Virus record (IMG/VR): IMGVR_UViG_3300009370_002293
Location: 1 to 64,000 of that record
DNA: 64,000 nt
Strand: one strand, 5' to 3'
DNA from: a virus
How positions within the stretch are numbered: the first letter of the stretch is position 1; each line of letters begins with the position of its first letter. Below are positions 37,071-46,812 of the stretch, piece after piece. The translations under genes were made by a program, and so were the position numbers. Under the pieces are notes generated by a model. The model had not been told where the DNA came from. It ran no database searches and was given only the letters and a program-made list of their open reading frames with translations.

Positions 37071-37355
37071 ATGCCAACTACATATAGCGGAGTGTCGGCT
37101 TTACGGGGAGCAATCCACCAGAGTACAGTAACGGGTGATTTTATGGCAACGGGGGCTGGCGATTCATCATATCAGAGCCAAATCACTGGCCTTCTTAACA
37201 CTGGGTTACAGCCCGACAGAAAAGAGTTGACTAACCATATTGGTCGGGAATATTATAGAAAATTAAACCAACTCGACCTTACCCCAACTTATGAAGATCA
37301 ACTAGACGCAGGATTCAGGCCCACAACTTTCACGGGACTCTATACCGCCCCTTAG
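37071..37355 (+). CDS. hypothetical protein (putative late gene)
   Basis: MPTTYSGV.. after the GTGTAA motif, on the opposite strand to its neighbours. Confidence 0.7.
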   Translation: MPTTYSGVSALRGAIHQSTVTGDFMATGAGDSSYQSQITGLLNTGLQPDRKELTNHIGREYYRKLNQLDLTPTYEDQLDAGFRPTTFTGLYTAP

Positions 37356-37368
37356 TGGGTAAATGATG

Positions 37369-38529
37369 TTAGCTATTTTTTCCAAACACTTCATTTGATT
37401 GTTGTGTTACCCGTATAAAGGTGGCGCATTTGGGCATATCCTTTATCCTCTTGGCTCCAATATAAGTACAAGTAGAACGCAGTCCGCCAAGAATACTTTC
37501 CATAGTATCTTGAAGTCTTCCACGGTGCTTTATCCTTACTGTTTTTCCTTCTGACGAACGATAGCTCGCAACGCCACCATGATACTTGTTCATGGCTGTA
37601 TCAGAACTCATTCCGTAAAATGCTTTGTAAGTCTCTCCATTTACTATTTCTTCTTGCCCCGCTGATTCATTATGACCAGCCAGCATCCCGCCCAACATAA
37701 CAAAATCAGCACCAGCACAAAAGGCTTTGGATACATCGCCAGCAGACACGCACCCGCCATCAGCCATAATATGCCCACCAAGCCCATGTGCAGCATCCGC
37801 GCATTCAATGACCGCGCTGAGTTGAGGGTAACCGACACCAGTTTGAATACGAGTAGTGCAGACAGACCCGCCGCCAATACCCACTTTAACAATATCTGCT
37901 CCACTTAATAATATCTCCTCTGTCATTTCGCCGCTAACCACGTTACCAGCAATTATAATCAAATGCGGATGTTCCTCACGAACTCTCTTAATGAAGTCGC
38001 AGAACTTCGCACTGTAACCATTCGCAATGTCGATACAAACAAATCTATTCCAATAAAATTTCCACTGGATATCTCTCAGATAATCTAAATCATCATATTT
38101 ATCTGGGTCATATTTAATACCAATAGAGGGGCAGAGATGATCGTAGATTCTTTGCTGCCAACACTTCGCTCCTCGTTCGAATTTCCAATTATCCGAGTTA
38201 GCTTCTTTGCTTTCTTGCGTTTTATAAACCCCGTAGCCATCCAGCTTATGCGCCCATCTTTTTACATCATTGTGTTTGCTGATACAGGTCAACATATGAT
38301 ATTTGGCAAGCACCTTTGCAGTTTCAAATGTACCTGTCGTATCCATGTTAGCCGCCACAATGGGGACACCTGTCCAGCCGTAGTCTGGGTTACCAGCACC
38401 ATCTGCGCCAGCGTTCTTGAAGGTAAAAGTACGCATCAAGTCTACCTCGCTACGAGACGTAAGCTCTGAACGCTTGGGTCGTAAAAGGACGTCCTTGTAG
38501 TCTAGTTTTATTTCTGGTTCAATTCTCAT
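37369..38529 (-). CDS. guaC: GMP reductase
   Basis: VLLRPKRS, AANMDT, DIANGYS, KVGIGGGSVCTTR..GVGYPQLSA, YRSSEGK. Confidence 0.95.
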   Translation of the reverse strand: MRIEPEIKLDYKDVLLRPKRSELTSRSEVDLMRTFTFKNAGADGAGNPDYGWTGVPIVAANMDTTGTFETAKVLAKYHMLTCISKHNDVKRWAHKLDGYGVYKTQESKEANSDNWKFERGAKCWQQRIYDHLCPSIGIKYDPDKYDDLDYLRDIQWKFYWNRFVCIDIANGYSAKFCDFIKRVREEHPHLIIIAGNVVSGEMTEEILLSGADIVKVGIGGGSVCTTRIQTGVGYPQLSAVIECADAAHGLGGHIMADGGCVSAGDVSKAFCAGADFVMLGGMLAGHNESAGQEEIVNGETYKAFYGMSSDTAMNKYHGGVASYRSSEGKTVRIKHRGRLQDTMESILGGLRSTCTYIGAKRIKDMPKCATFIRVTQQSNEVFGKNS

Positions 38530-38978
38530 TTACCTTTAACCATTTTAGATGACGACCTTATTTTACCCCCTAGTCCGTCAATCATTTTAATATTTACCTT
38601 TTTACAAACTTGGGACTCTGGTATCTCTCCTGTGTGTCTATCCCCTCCGTTAGCAAAAATAATGTCATAATGCTTATAGTTTCTTCTTATCTTCTGTAAA
38701 GAACCGCACACCGTTTTGTCTTCGTCAATACTAATAAACGCTGAGTCAACATAACGAATAGCTTCAACTATTTGAAGTCTATCTTCTTCGGTCATGAATG
38801 ACTTACCCTTTTTTAGCTTTGCCTGTTTATCATTATTTACAATGACCACTAGCTCATCGCCTAATTCTTTGGCCAACTTTAGCATTTCTAAATGTCCAAC
38901 ATGAATAGGGTCAAAGTACCCACTTACAACGACCACTAAATCATGTTTTATACTATGGAACCCTATTTCCTTTGTCAT
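38526..38978 (-). CDS. cytidylyltransferase-like (HxGH) protein
   Basis: SGYFDPIHVGH, FANGGDR, KIRSSS. Confidence 0.9.
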   Translation of the reverse strand: MTKEIGFHSIKHDLVVVVSGYFDPIHVGHLEMLKLAKELGDELVVIVNNDKQAKLKKGKSFMTEEDRLQIVEAIRYVDSAFISIDEDKTVCGSLQKIRRNYKHYDIIFANGGDRHTGEIPESQVCKKVNIKMIDGLGGKIRSSSKMVKGK

Positions 38979-40111
38979 GGCCTCCAGTCTTCTTCAGGCT
39001 GCTCTAAGTCTTTATCTTTAGTATAATCAACCAAAATTTCTTCACCCTTTTTCATCGGCTTTAAGGTATAAATAGATTTAGTTCCGTTCTCAGTTGTTCT
39101 AATTTCGCAATTTTCATAAACCGTTGAATGATTATACATACAATTAGGCTTAAGGTTAATCCAGCTTCTATTTTTCCAGCCCCATACATGCGTTACATGA
39201 ATGAATGTTGCTGCTTCGACATCCTCCATAACCTTTAAACCCTTTTTGTGGTAACCGTTTTTTTCTACAGTTACCTCTACCTGAGGAAACCTTAGGGCCT
39301 CACACAATCTAGCCCGATCATTATTAGCCCACAACTTGGGGTTATTAGGGTCTTGTTTTGGGTATTTTTTTGGATTCCACTCGTCACGCTTCATATTGTT
39401 TTCGGTTTGGGTTATGATCTCTAAATTATCTTGATGGTGGGAGCCCCCAAGAGCTATTGGAACAATATGGTCAACCTCATATACTGTACCGTCTTTAGAA
39501 GATTCATTTAGTCTAGTTCGTTCCGTGAAAAAACCTTCTATAATCTCCATGTCTGAATCGGGAAGTACGGCAGATTTTTTGATGGCCTCTCTTTTTTGCT
39601 GTAGGTGACATCTTTTTGCCTTTTTTTCGGGCATTGACCGATATTCTTTGTTGTAATTTTTAACGTGATCTTTGTTATCAGCACGCCACTTTTTCATTTT
39701 TTTAATGTTTTTATCCCTGTTCTTAATACGATTTTCACGAACTTTACCATGCTTGTGTTTATTATACCATCGCCTGCTACCTTCTTGGGCTCTAGCCCGA
39801 ACCTCAGGGTTATTATTCAGATAGTCCCTTCTATTCTTTAGTCGAAGCTCTTTTTCTTCAGGCGTTTCTTCTAAACGTCTTTTCTTATTATTTTCCCGCA
39901 CTTTAGTAAGACGCACTTCTCTTTGTTCAGGGGTTTCATTTTCACTCCGTTTTTTGTTGTACTCCCTGTTTCTGACAAGACGTACTTCTCTTTGTTCAGG
40001 GGTTTCATTTTCACGCCGTTTTTTGTTGTACTCCCTTGCATAAAGTAAACGCTCCTCTCTTTGTTCGGGAGTTTCTTCTCGACGGTTTGCGGCTGTTGAC
40101 TTTGTATTCAT
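38975..40111 (-). CDS. STPR-like repeat / HNH endonuclease / SET domain fusion
   Basis: 4 x 23-aa ETPEQRExRL repeats; VDHIVP..GG.H..DNL..N; YNHS..NC..KGEEILVDY. Confidence 0.8.
   Translation of the reverse strand: MNTKSTAANRREETPEQREERLLYAREYNKKRRENETPEQREVRLVRNREYNKKRSENETPEQREVRLTKVRENNKKRRLEETPEEKELRLKNRRDYLNNNPEVRARAQEGSRRWYNKHKHGKVRENRIKNRDKNIKKMKKWRADNKDHVKNYNKEYRSMPEKKAKRCHLQQKREAIKKSAVLPDSDMEIIEGFFTERTRLNESSKDGTVYEVDHIVPIALGGSHHQDNLEIITQTENNMKRDEWNPKKYPKQDPNNPKLWANNDRARLCEALRFPQVEVTVEKNGYHKKGLKVMEDVEAATFIHVTHVWGWKNRSWINLKPNCMYNHSTVYENCEIRTTENGTKSIYTLKPMKKGEEILVDYTKDKDLEQPEEDWRP
39908..40036. repeat. 69-bp period coding tandem repeat
   Basis: near-identical units at 39908 and 39977. 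Confidence 0.8.
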
Positions 40112-40199
40112 AATTATTTTTTATCAATGAGAGATTCTATTATATTTTTAAAAAGGTAATAGATAAAATAAACAATATATAAAAAGAAATCTAATAATT

Positions 40200-40892
40200 T
40201 CATCGATATTTTTTGCCAAGTCGTTGCAAATACTTTCGAGCATAAAAAAGCCGTGACATTATAGTTCCTACTGGCACATGCAATAACTTTGCTATCTCAG
40301 GGTAACTCAACTGGTCTACCTCATATAAAATTATAACCTCACGATGTTTGGGTTCTAACTTATCTAATAATTTAGTGCTTAGTTTAATTTTTGATTTTTT
40401 TATATCCTTATCCACCCTTTTTTTACTCGGGGTCTCCATGTCAATCAAACCTCCACCCTCTACTGGTATTCCTTTTATATGCGCTTCCCCGTTTCGAATA
40501 GTTAAATTTTTCCCCGCATTTGATGCCGTATGGCCGCCGTCAGTGGATTCATGTTCTAAAACGGAGTTATCGGAGGATATGTATACAAATTTATGTTCGT
40601 GCCTTTGTCTTTTACGCCAATCATCATAAAAATTATTTCGTGCAATGGCATTAGCCCAGACTTTGAAGGTGGACTTAAACTTAAATTGACTAATTCTTTG
40701 CCAGCTTTTTATTAAAGTTTGTTGAAATATTTCTTCTTCTATTTCTAAATTCCCTTTTGTATAACTCTTAATCCACCCCCTTATGTATTCCTCATTCCTT
40801 ATGATAAGTTCTTCGAAAGCCGTTTCGTCTTTAGCTTGGGCTAATTTTATTAATTGTTTCTCCTCTTTTTCCTTGTAATCCGAGGTAACCAT
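40200..40892 (-). CDS. ECF (RpoE-like) sigma factor
   Basis: AFEELI, F.FKSTFKVW..IARN, LSYPEIA.LL.VPVGTIMSRLFYARK. Confidence 0.92.
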   Translation of the reverse strand: MVTSDYKEKEEKQLIKLAQAKDETAFEELIIRNEEYIRGWIKSYTKGNLEIEEEIFQQTLIKSWQRISQFKFKSTFKVWANAIARNNFYDDWRKRQRHEHKFVYISSDNSVLEHESTDGGHTASNAGKNLTIRNGEAHIKGIPVEGGGLIDMETPSKKRVDKDIKKSKIKLSTKLLDKLEPKHREVIILYEVDQLSYPEIAKLLHVPVGTIMSRLFYARKYLQRLGKKYR

Positions 40893-40896
40893 TTTA

Positions 40897-41448
40897 CTAC
40901 CTTAAATCCTCCCTTAAAAGCCTCCATCTATCGCTATCGATAGCTTTACTACCGTTATCAATTAATTTTATCATATTAAGTACATCATCAATACTATCAT
41001 AAATGTAATGATGGGGTAACATGCCCATTAACCAAAGCGGTGTTTCAGATTTTCCGCCTTCCATGGAAATAAATATAGGTTTCTTCATTCTTACCGCTGT
41101 AACAAGTTCCTCTGCGCTTCCCCAACTTGCCACATTTGGCAATAAATGTGCGATTATAAAATCTGATCTATCAACTAAATTCAGGTCATAGCTACGAACC
41201 GTGGTCATTCTTTTTGTTACGTCACTATAATGACCTAGGCTCATTGCCTCATGCATTTTTTCGCGAGCCTCTTCGTCTTCGTCAACGTCTTTGACAAAGG
41301 GTTTTTTATACGGGTTAAAAACTGTAACACCTAATGGTGCTAACCTCGCTTCGACTTCGTCTCTCCAATTACGACCATTGGCATACTGCATATGCCCAAC
41401 TAAATAGGTACGAGTTTTATTTAATAAATTAAGATCCTTTATATTCAT
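40897..41448 (-). CDS. nucleoside 2-deoxyribosyltransferase-like protein
   Basis: YLVG.M, WR, FNP, DL..VDRSD, SWGSAEE. Confidence 0.75.
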   Translation of the reverse strand: MNIKDLNLLNKTRTYLVGHMQYANGRNWRDEVEARLAPLGVTVFNPYKKPFVKDVDEDEEAREKMHEAMSLGHYSDVTKRMTTVRSYDLNLVDRSDFIIAHLLPNVASWGSAEELVTAVRMKKPIFISMEGGKSETPLWLMGMLPHHYIYDSIDDVLNMIKLIDNGSKAIDSDRWRLLREDLR

Positions 41449-41923
41449 ATATTTTTTTCAATATTTCTCCCTTAGAAAGATCCCTAGAAAGGGGTGCAAA
41501 TTTAATTTCAGCCTTCTTGAAGCCGTCAACTGTGCCCGAAGAATCGAGAGCATTTTTTTCTTCGTCAGAAAGATTATCAAAATTATAGTGAGGGCCCTTA
41601 AAGTAAAATTCAGGGTTTACTGTCTTAATAAACGACCCCACATCATCAATAACACAAGTAAAATCTACAAAGGTAAGGGCCAGTAATATATCTTCTCTGT
41701 CCTTTTCGGAGCAAAAGGTTTTATTACCACAAAGTTTGTCACTCTTAATTCCTACTACCAGTGTATCTGACGATCTTTTACACCATGATAAAAAATCTAT
41801 ATGCCCCGCATGAAACAGGTCAAAAGTTCCGATAGTAAGGGCCACGCCCCCCATATTTAAATATTCACGATTTTCCTTTAGCTGTTCTAAGGAAACCCTT
41901 TTCATGGTGTTTGTGGCAAACAT
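41429..41923 (-). CDS. cytidylyltransferase-like (RfaE domain II-like) protein
   Basis: GTFDLFHAGH, LVVGI.SD, KGPHY. Confidence 0.85.
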   Translation of the reverse strand: MFATNTMKRVSLEQLKENREYLNMGGVALTIGTFDLFHAGHIDFLSWCKRSSDTLVVGIKSDKLCGNKTFCSEKDREDILLALTFVDFTCVIDDVGSFIKTVNPEFYFKGPHYNFDNLSDEEKNALDSSGTVDGFKKAEIKFAPLSRDLSKGEILKKIYEYKGS

Positions 41924-41955
41924 TATATTGATTATTTATTTATTTTTGATTAAGG

Positions 41956-42510
41956 TCAAGAAATTTTTCTATGTATAAAGCTAACTAGGGATACTATTTT
42001 TAGTAACCCCCATTTTATAAGGCCAAAAAACTGATTTATTATCCAAGAGTAAACGGAATAAATTTTCCACGACATTTTTTTTTCAGATTCGGCCCTTTTT
42101 TCTATCATATTTTTTAATAGAACCTCTTGGTTTTTTCGATTACTATTCTCATGAACCGACCATTCACAAAGATGAATTTCTTTTACTTCCCCATCCCTCA
42201 TCCAAGCCACAAACTCAATCCAAAGGTCTTCTGTGTCGCACATATGTAAGAGGTGGAATCTAATTTCGCCTGTTAACTCAACCTTTTTAATTCCATTATT
42301 TACAACCCTTACCTGACCTGTCTCCTCGTTATAACACTTTTCAATTAATTCTTCGTATACCTGTCCATCATCTTCTATAACAAATGAGTCACCCAGCAAA
42401 GATAGAGTTAAAAATTCTTGCTCCGTCCAGTTTATACCATCAAAAGAATACTGCTCTTTAGAGAGCGGTAGTTTGAACTCACACTTTATTTTTGAGGGGG
42501 AACCAAACAT
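41956..42510 (-). CDS. hypothetical protein (paralog of 31163-31792)
   Basis: IKCEFKLP, TGEIRF, WIEF..DG.V. Confidence 0.7.
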   Translation of the reverse strand: MFGSPSKIKCEFKLPLSKEQYSFDGINWTEQEFLTLSLLGDSFVIEDDGQVYEELIEKCYNEETGQVRVVNNGIKKVELTGEIRFHLLHMCDTEDLWIEFVAWMRDGEVKEIHLCEWSVHENSNRKNQEVLLKNMIEKRAESEKKMSWKIYSVYSWIINQFFGLIKWGLLKIVSLVSFIHRKIS

Positions 42511-42681
42511 GCCTAGATTTCTTCAATAAGCTCTTTAAGGTTTTTCAAATAAAAAACCATAAAGCTATCACCTTGAGCATTTGCACCCTTGCCCATAGAC
42601 AGACATTGTTGTTTATATTTAACGTCCTGCTTAATCGCTTCGTCAATTAATTGATCGGTCAAATCTAAAGCTATTTCTTTT

Positions 42682-43404
42682 TTACTTTTCATTTTCGGTT
42701 AATATTTTAAAGGTTTCCTTTGCGTTTCTAACATTGAAGCATTTACCATCACGATGCCTTTCTAGGTCTTGGCAGATGTCGTAATCGTTACCGCCCTTAA
42801 AGCATTTGTCTCCAAAAAAAATCATTTTTTTATTATGGTTCTCTCTGATCCACGAAGATGCCTGAGATTTATTCCATCCACACGGCTGTATATCTATGCT
42901 TTTCTGCCCCCCTATACGTATATCAAATTGAGGAAATTTTTTTTGTAAATCTTGTTGTATCGTTTTTCTTTCTTGGGTACGCGAATCCCAGTGGGCATAA
43001 TCATTACGCTCCTTAATAGAGGCGTGTGGGCCAATAATAGAAAAATTCAACATGCCATCCCTTGTTTCATGAAATTTTTTACTTTTTACAGGGTAAGGGG
43101 ATTTTTGGTGCCATAACAATAATTCAGTCAATAGTTTTACGGGAGGCTTCCACTCTCGTCTGTAAACATCTTTACCCTTTATTGTAAGACGATTCCCCAT
43201 CGAGCTAAAAATACCACTACTCCTATTTAGAATACTAGACGGAAGTTGTTCGCAGATTTTTTTAAATGAACCACCCCCCACCAAAAAAAACTTTTTATTT
43301 AAAGACCAACTTAAAAACTGAAGTACGTGCCCTGATTCTATAGGTCGAGTTGGTTCAGTTAAAGTTCCGTCTATATCAAATAAATAAATAGAATCTTCTT
43401 TCAT
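42682..43404 (-). CDS. HAD-IIB phosphomannomutase-like enzyme
   Basis: FDIDGTLT, RDGMLNFSIIG, IGGQKSIDI, FFGDK..GGNDY. Confidence 0.85.
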   Translation of the reverse strand: MKEDSIYLFDIDGTLTEPTRPIESGHVLQFLSWSLNKKFFLVGGGSFKKICEQLPSSILNRSSGIFSSMGNRLTIKGKDVYRREWKPPVKLLTELLLWHQKSPYPVKSKKFHETRDGMLNFSIIGPHASIKERNDYAHWDSRTQERKTIQQDLQKKFPQFDIRIGGQKSIDIQPCGWNKSQASSWIRENHNKKMIFFGDKCFKGGNDYDICQDLERHRDGKCFNVRNAKETFKILTENEK

Positions 43405-43697
43405 CTCCTAATTTTGCGCCAACGATTACTCCATAAAAAATGACTACACGTACTTGCAAACCTTTCTACAGCCCTCTCTGATTTATCCCAAAAAAATGCA
43501 TGGGCTAATTCATGTATAATTGTATTAAGCTCACTTTGAGAGGTTAAATTGGGGTTTATGAAAATTTTAGGATATTTATCATCAGGAGGGAAACAAACTC
43601 CGTCAGCGTCACCATACGCCCTTTTATCGGGCTTTCGAAAAGAGATTTCGTACTCCACCCCTTTAGTGTTTTTAAATTTAAAGGGCTTTTTTTTCAT
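43401..43697 (-). CDS. zincin-like HExxH protein
   Basis: TIIHELAHA..E..V. Confidence 0.7.
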   Translation of the reverse strand: MKKKPFKFKNTKGVEYEISFRKPDKRAYGDADGVCFPPDDKYPKIFINPNLTSQSELNTIIHELAHAFFWDKSERAVERFASTCSHFLWSNRWRKIRR

Positions 43698-44026
43698 TAA
43701 TTCTTTTTACGTTTACGTGGAGTATTTTTTTTGTTTGTTTTAGGTTCCTTATTGGGGGTGGGTTTTGGTTCGAAGGCTTTAAGTATTTCGGACTGAGCAA
43801 TCTTATTTTCTAGTTTTTCTAATTCTTTGTTTTCCCACTCTCCTTTTAGGATAAGGTAATTCATGGCATGGGAAACCTCTTCCATGGCTTCCTCGTAATA
43901 TGGGTCGTGATCATTGTTTTCCCATTCTTCCGCTTTATTAACCCAGAAAGCCATTTGACCCTTCCACCATTGAATGGAATCGTGTAAAATTTTTGCTCTG
44001 GCCCGTAGTTCTTTATCGGCTTCCAT
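43697..44026 (-). CDS. hypothetical protein
   Basis: ORF. Confidence 0.65.
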   Translation of the reverse strand: MEADKELRARAKILHDSIQWWKGQMAFWVNKAEEWENNDHDPYYEEAMEEVSHAMNYLILKGEWENKELEKLENKIAQSEILKAFEPKPTPNKEPKTNKKNTPRKRKKN

Positions 44027-44086
44027 ACTTTAAGTATGGATCGTTTTTGTGGGTAAGTCAAGCTCCATACAGACAAGCGCTTGTCT

Positions 44087-44266
44087 TTATTCACAAATTA
44101 TTTCACACTCTATGTCCTCGGCCACGATGAACCCTTCGTCAAACAAATATTGAACCAAAACAATAGCCATATTGTCTTCTATATCGCCTTCGGGGTCATA
44201 AATTTGTATTTTTCTTTTATAAACCTTTAGGCGATACCCCTTAACAATAAGATTGGTAGCCCTCAC
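44087..44266 (-). CDS. hypothetical protein (paralog of 44792-45001)
   Basis: hand translation, GTG start; KIQIYDP..QYLFDEGFI. Confidence 0.6.
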   Translation of the reverse strand: MRATNLIVKGYRLKVYKRKIQIYDPEGDIEDNMAIVLVQYLFDEGFIVAEDIECEIICE

Positions 44267-44271
44267 ATCTA

Positions 44272-44296
44272 TAATTACACTTAAAAAGTGTAATAA
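44272..44296. promoter_or_regulatory. back-to-back divergent GTGTAA promoters
   Basis: taattacac-ttaaaaa-gtgtaata between divergent genes. Confidence 0.65.
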
Positions 44297-44310
44297 TAAA
44301 TAAGAATGAT

Positions 44311-44802
44311 ATGGCTAAAATTTTAAATTTTTTAAGAAATAAAAAACTAAGATTTCTGCTTCTTTTACTGCTTCTGGCGGGAGTTTTTAGGAGTGGTTAC
44401 AAAACCTTTATGATTAGCGGTGATAGCATGGACGATACTTTAAATAATGGTGATGTAGTTTTAGTTAATAAAAAATATTATAATTATACCATTCCGCAAC
44501 GTGGAGATTTAATCGTGTGTTTTGGAGATGGAGACGTCGTGATAAAAAGAATTATTGGCGTACCCGGTGATGAGGTAGAAATCATAGAGGGAGTTATTAT
44601 AATAAATGGTGATATATACATAGATGAATTAACTGAAATCCCTTTAGAGGACCCACTTGCGGAAGGCTACGGTTTTTATATTAATGAACGGGCGATATTT
44701 TTAGGGGGTGGAGAGTATTGGGTTATAGGAGATAACAGGGCCGTATCTTGGTACGGGGTAATTCGCGAGGAAGATATAATAGGGTTAGTATATGAATTCT
44801 AA
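44311..44802 (+). CDS. lepB: signal peptidase I (S26)
   Basis: TM, ISGDSM..TL, IKRIIGVPGD, GDNR..S. Confidence 0.9.
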   Translation: MAKILNFLRNKKLRFLLLLLLLAGVFRSGYKTFMISGDSMDDTLNNGDVVLVNKKYYNYTIPQRGDLIVCFGDGDVVIKRIIGVPGDEVEIIEGVIIINGDIYIDELTEIPLEDPLAEGYGFYINERAIFLGGGEYWVIGDNRAVSWYGVIREEDIIGLVYEF

Positions 44803-45001
44803 TAAAATAGAATTAATTATACAAGATTATGTAGTGGAAATCATCTATGGAAAAACATGGGTGAAAGACAAAATTTATATATATGACCCCTGTTTAACGC
44901 TATCAACTACTACAGAATTAATAATTTTAGATTATTTATACCAAGAAGGTTTTATACAAGACCGAAGAATAAAATATGAGATAATACGATGCGAATATTA
45001 A
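44792..45001 (+). CDS. hypothetical protein
   Basis: KIYIYDP..DYLYQEGFI. Confidence 0.65.
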   Translation: MNSNKIELIIQDYVVEIIYGKTWVKDKIYIYDPCLTLSTTTELIILDYLYQEGFIQDRRIKYEIIRCEY

Positions 45002-45195
45002 TCGTTATTATTTTTTTTAATTTGATCAGTAAAATCTACTTCCATTACGTTTGCCTTCGATTGTTGCCACTGCGATAAACACACTGCATACCTCTGTTTT
45101 GAATCGGAAAATTCTTTAGACATTACCTCATTAGACATACACTGTGAAATAAAATCGTCACGGTTCTGATTTTTTTGAGGTGAAGGAAGTGGCAT
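44998..45195 (-). CDS. conserved small phage protein
   Basis: MPLPSP..DFISQCM..QRYAVC..W. Confidence 0.7.
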   Translation of the reverse strand: MPLPSPQKNQNRDDFISQCMSNEVMSKEFSDSKQRYAVCLSQWQQSKANVMEVDFTDQIKKNNND

Positions 45196-45196
45196 T

Positions 45197-45754
45197 TTAT
45201 TCTCCAGCTATGTCGTGTTTATCTTCGCCCTTGTCTTTTTTAAGGCTTTCGATTTCTTTATCAATATTTTTAATAGCATCTTCATGATGCTTCCTTAACT
45301 CTTTAAGGGTTTCATGTTTTGTATCATAAGAATCTTGATTTTCCATCTTATGTCGCAAACTTTCCCTCATTCCTTTAAAATGCTCCTCAATAGACTCCTC
45401 ACTGTAACCCCCCTCGTAATGTGATGCTTTGAGGTACAAGGCTTCGGAAACTTTAATCCCAAATTCTTTTGCTTTAGATTTTAATTTTTTAAAAATTTTA
45501 GCCTTTATTTCGGGAGATAACTTAGACTGAGGAAGCCGAGCTAAAGCGTTTCTTACGTGAGCGGCATCAGGAATGGGGAAATGGCGTAAAGATCGTGGCT
45601 CTGTTTTGCCGTCCACCTTCTTGCCACCGGGCTCTATATAGGCAAAATCCGAATCTGGCAAGTCATTGCGGCGCTTGCTTGTTAGTTTTTTGGCTAACGT
45701 ATCGTCACCTAAGATTTGCTCGGTGAAATCAACTTCAAAAGTGTCATCTTTCAT
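45197..45754 (-). CDS. DUF6582-like protein
   Basis: R..LPDSDFA..FPIPDAAHVRNALAR. Confidence 0.7.
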   Translation of the reverse strand: MKDDTFEVDFTEQILGDDTLAKKLTSKRRNDLPDSDFAYIEPGGKKVDGKTEPRSLRHFPIPDAAHVRNALARLPQSKLSPEIKAKIFKKLKSKAKEFGIKVSEALYLKASHYEGGYSEESIEEHFKGMRESLRHKMENQDSYDTKHETLKELRKHHEDAIKNIDKEIESLKKDKGEDKHDIAGE

Positions 45755-45787
45755 TTAAAATGATTACACATTTTTTGTAAAAAAGGT

Positions 45788-46744
45788 TTATTTATTGTCT
45801 ATTTTATTCTCTTTTAGAATTAAAATTTTTGGATAAGTAACCCTAAGCATAAATGGAAATAATTTTTCGGCCGCTTCCTTATCGGCATTTTTTGCTGCTT
45901 CTTTATCCTTGGGGGTATTTTCAATAGGCATTTCTTTTAGCTCGTCCTCGCTTGGCATTTTTACGTTTTTATCTAATGCCCACATAATCTTATGTTTTTC
46001 CGCATAATCAGCCATTCTGCGTACGGGTACGATTAAATTAAAGCCCTCTCCCGCTCCCCTTACAAGCATTCCCACATATCTTGCGTCAGATTTTAAATAT
46101 ACTCCACCTCCAGAACTTCCCGGGAAAGCGGTGCAAGTTGTCTGATCGAACACGTGCTTATTAAGAGATTTAATCAATCTTCCGTGTTGAGAATAAATTC
46201 CATCTGTCATGCTATTGGCACCCATTTGGCCAAGTAATGACCCCACGTGTAGCAAATCTTCACCGAGCGGTGGAATTTCTTTATCAAGGTAAAAAGTTAC
46301 CGTATCTTTAACAAAATTAAATTTACGTACCCGCAATAACGCTAAATCGTGACCATCTGTAGCATCACTATATTTTAATACCTCTGCATCCATTTGCAGA
46401 CGACCTACAGTTCGGCCATCCTGACGAATTTCTTTAACAACCAAAGGGTCTTTGAACTCTACTAATGTTTTAGAGGAGCCATTGACCACCACTTTCCTAG
46501 TAGAACGTAAGTTGTCTATAACATGAGCGGCAGTCCAAACAAAATTTACTACATTCCCTTTTGAATCTTTTCGGGTAAAAATTACACCAGAGCCTTCACC
46601 GGTAGAAAACTGACCCTCAGATCTAATGGTTACAGAAACATTTTGTAAGTGTTCTGCGGTTGAGGTTGACTTTTCAGCGGCGACCCCGTGCCTAAATGGG
46701 GCCACTAAAAAAATAACAAGAGAGGCGAGGATGAACTTCTTCAT
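45788..46744 (-). CDS. secreted trypsin-like serine protease
   Basis: signal peptide; TAAHV, DLALL, PGSSGGG. Confidence 0.9.
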   Translation of the reverse strand: MKKFILASLVIFLVAPFRHGVAAEKSTSTAEHLQNVSVTIRSEGQFSTGEGSGVIFTRKDSKGNVVNFVWTAAHVIDNLRSTRKVVVNGSSKTLVEFKDPLVVKEIRQDGRTVGRLQMDAEVLKYSDATDGHDLALLRVRKFNFVKDTVTFYLDKEIPPLGEDLLHVGSLLGQMGANSMTDGIYSQHGRLIKSLNKHVFDQTTCTAFPGSSGGGVYLKSDARYVGMLVRGAGEGFNLIVPVRRMADYAEKHKIMWALDKNVKMPSEDELKEMPIENTPKDKEAAKNADKEAAEKLFPFMLRVTYPKILILKENKIDNK

Positions 46745-46812
46745 AATGCAATTTTACCTATATAGATAGTACACCAGCCCCCTTTAAAAAACAAATTAAA
46801 TTTAAAAAAAAA

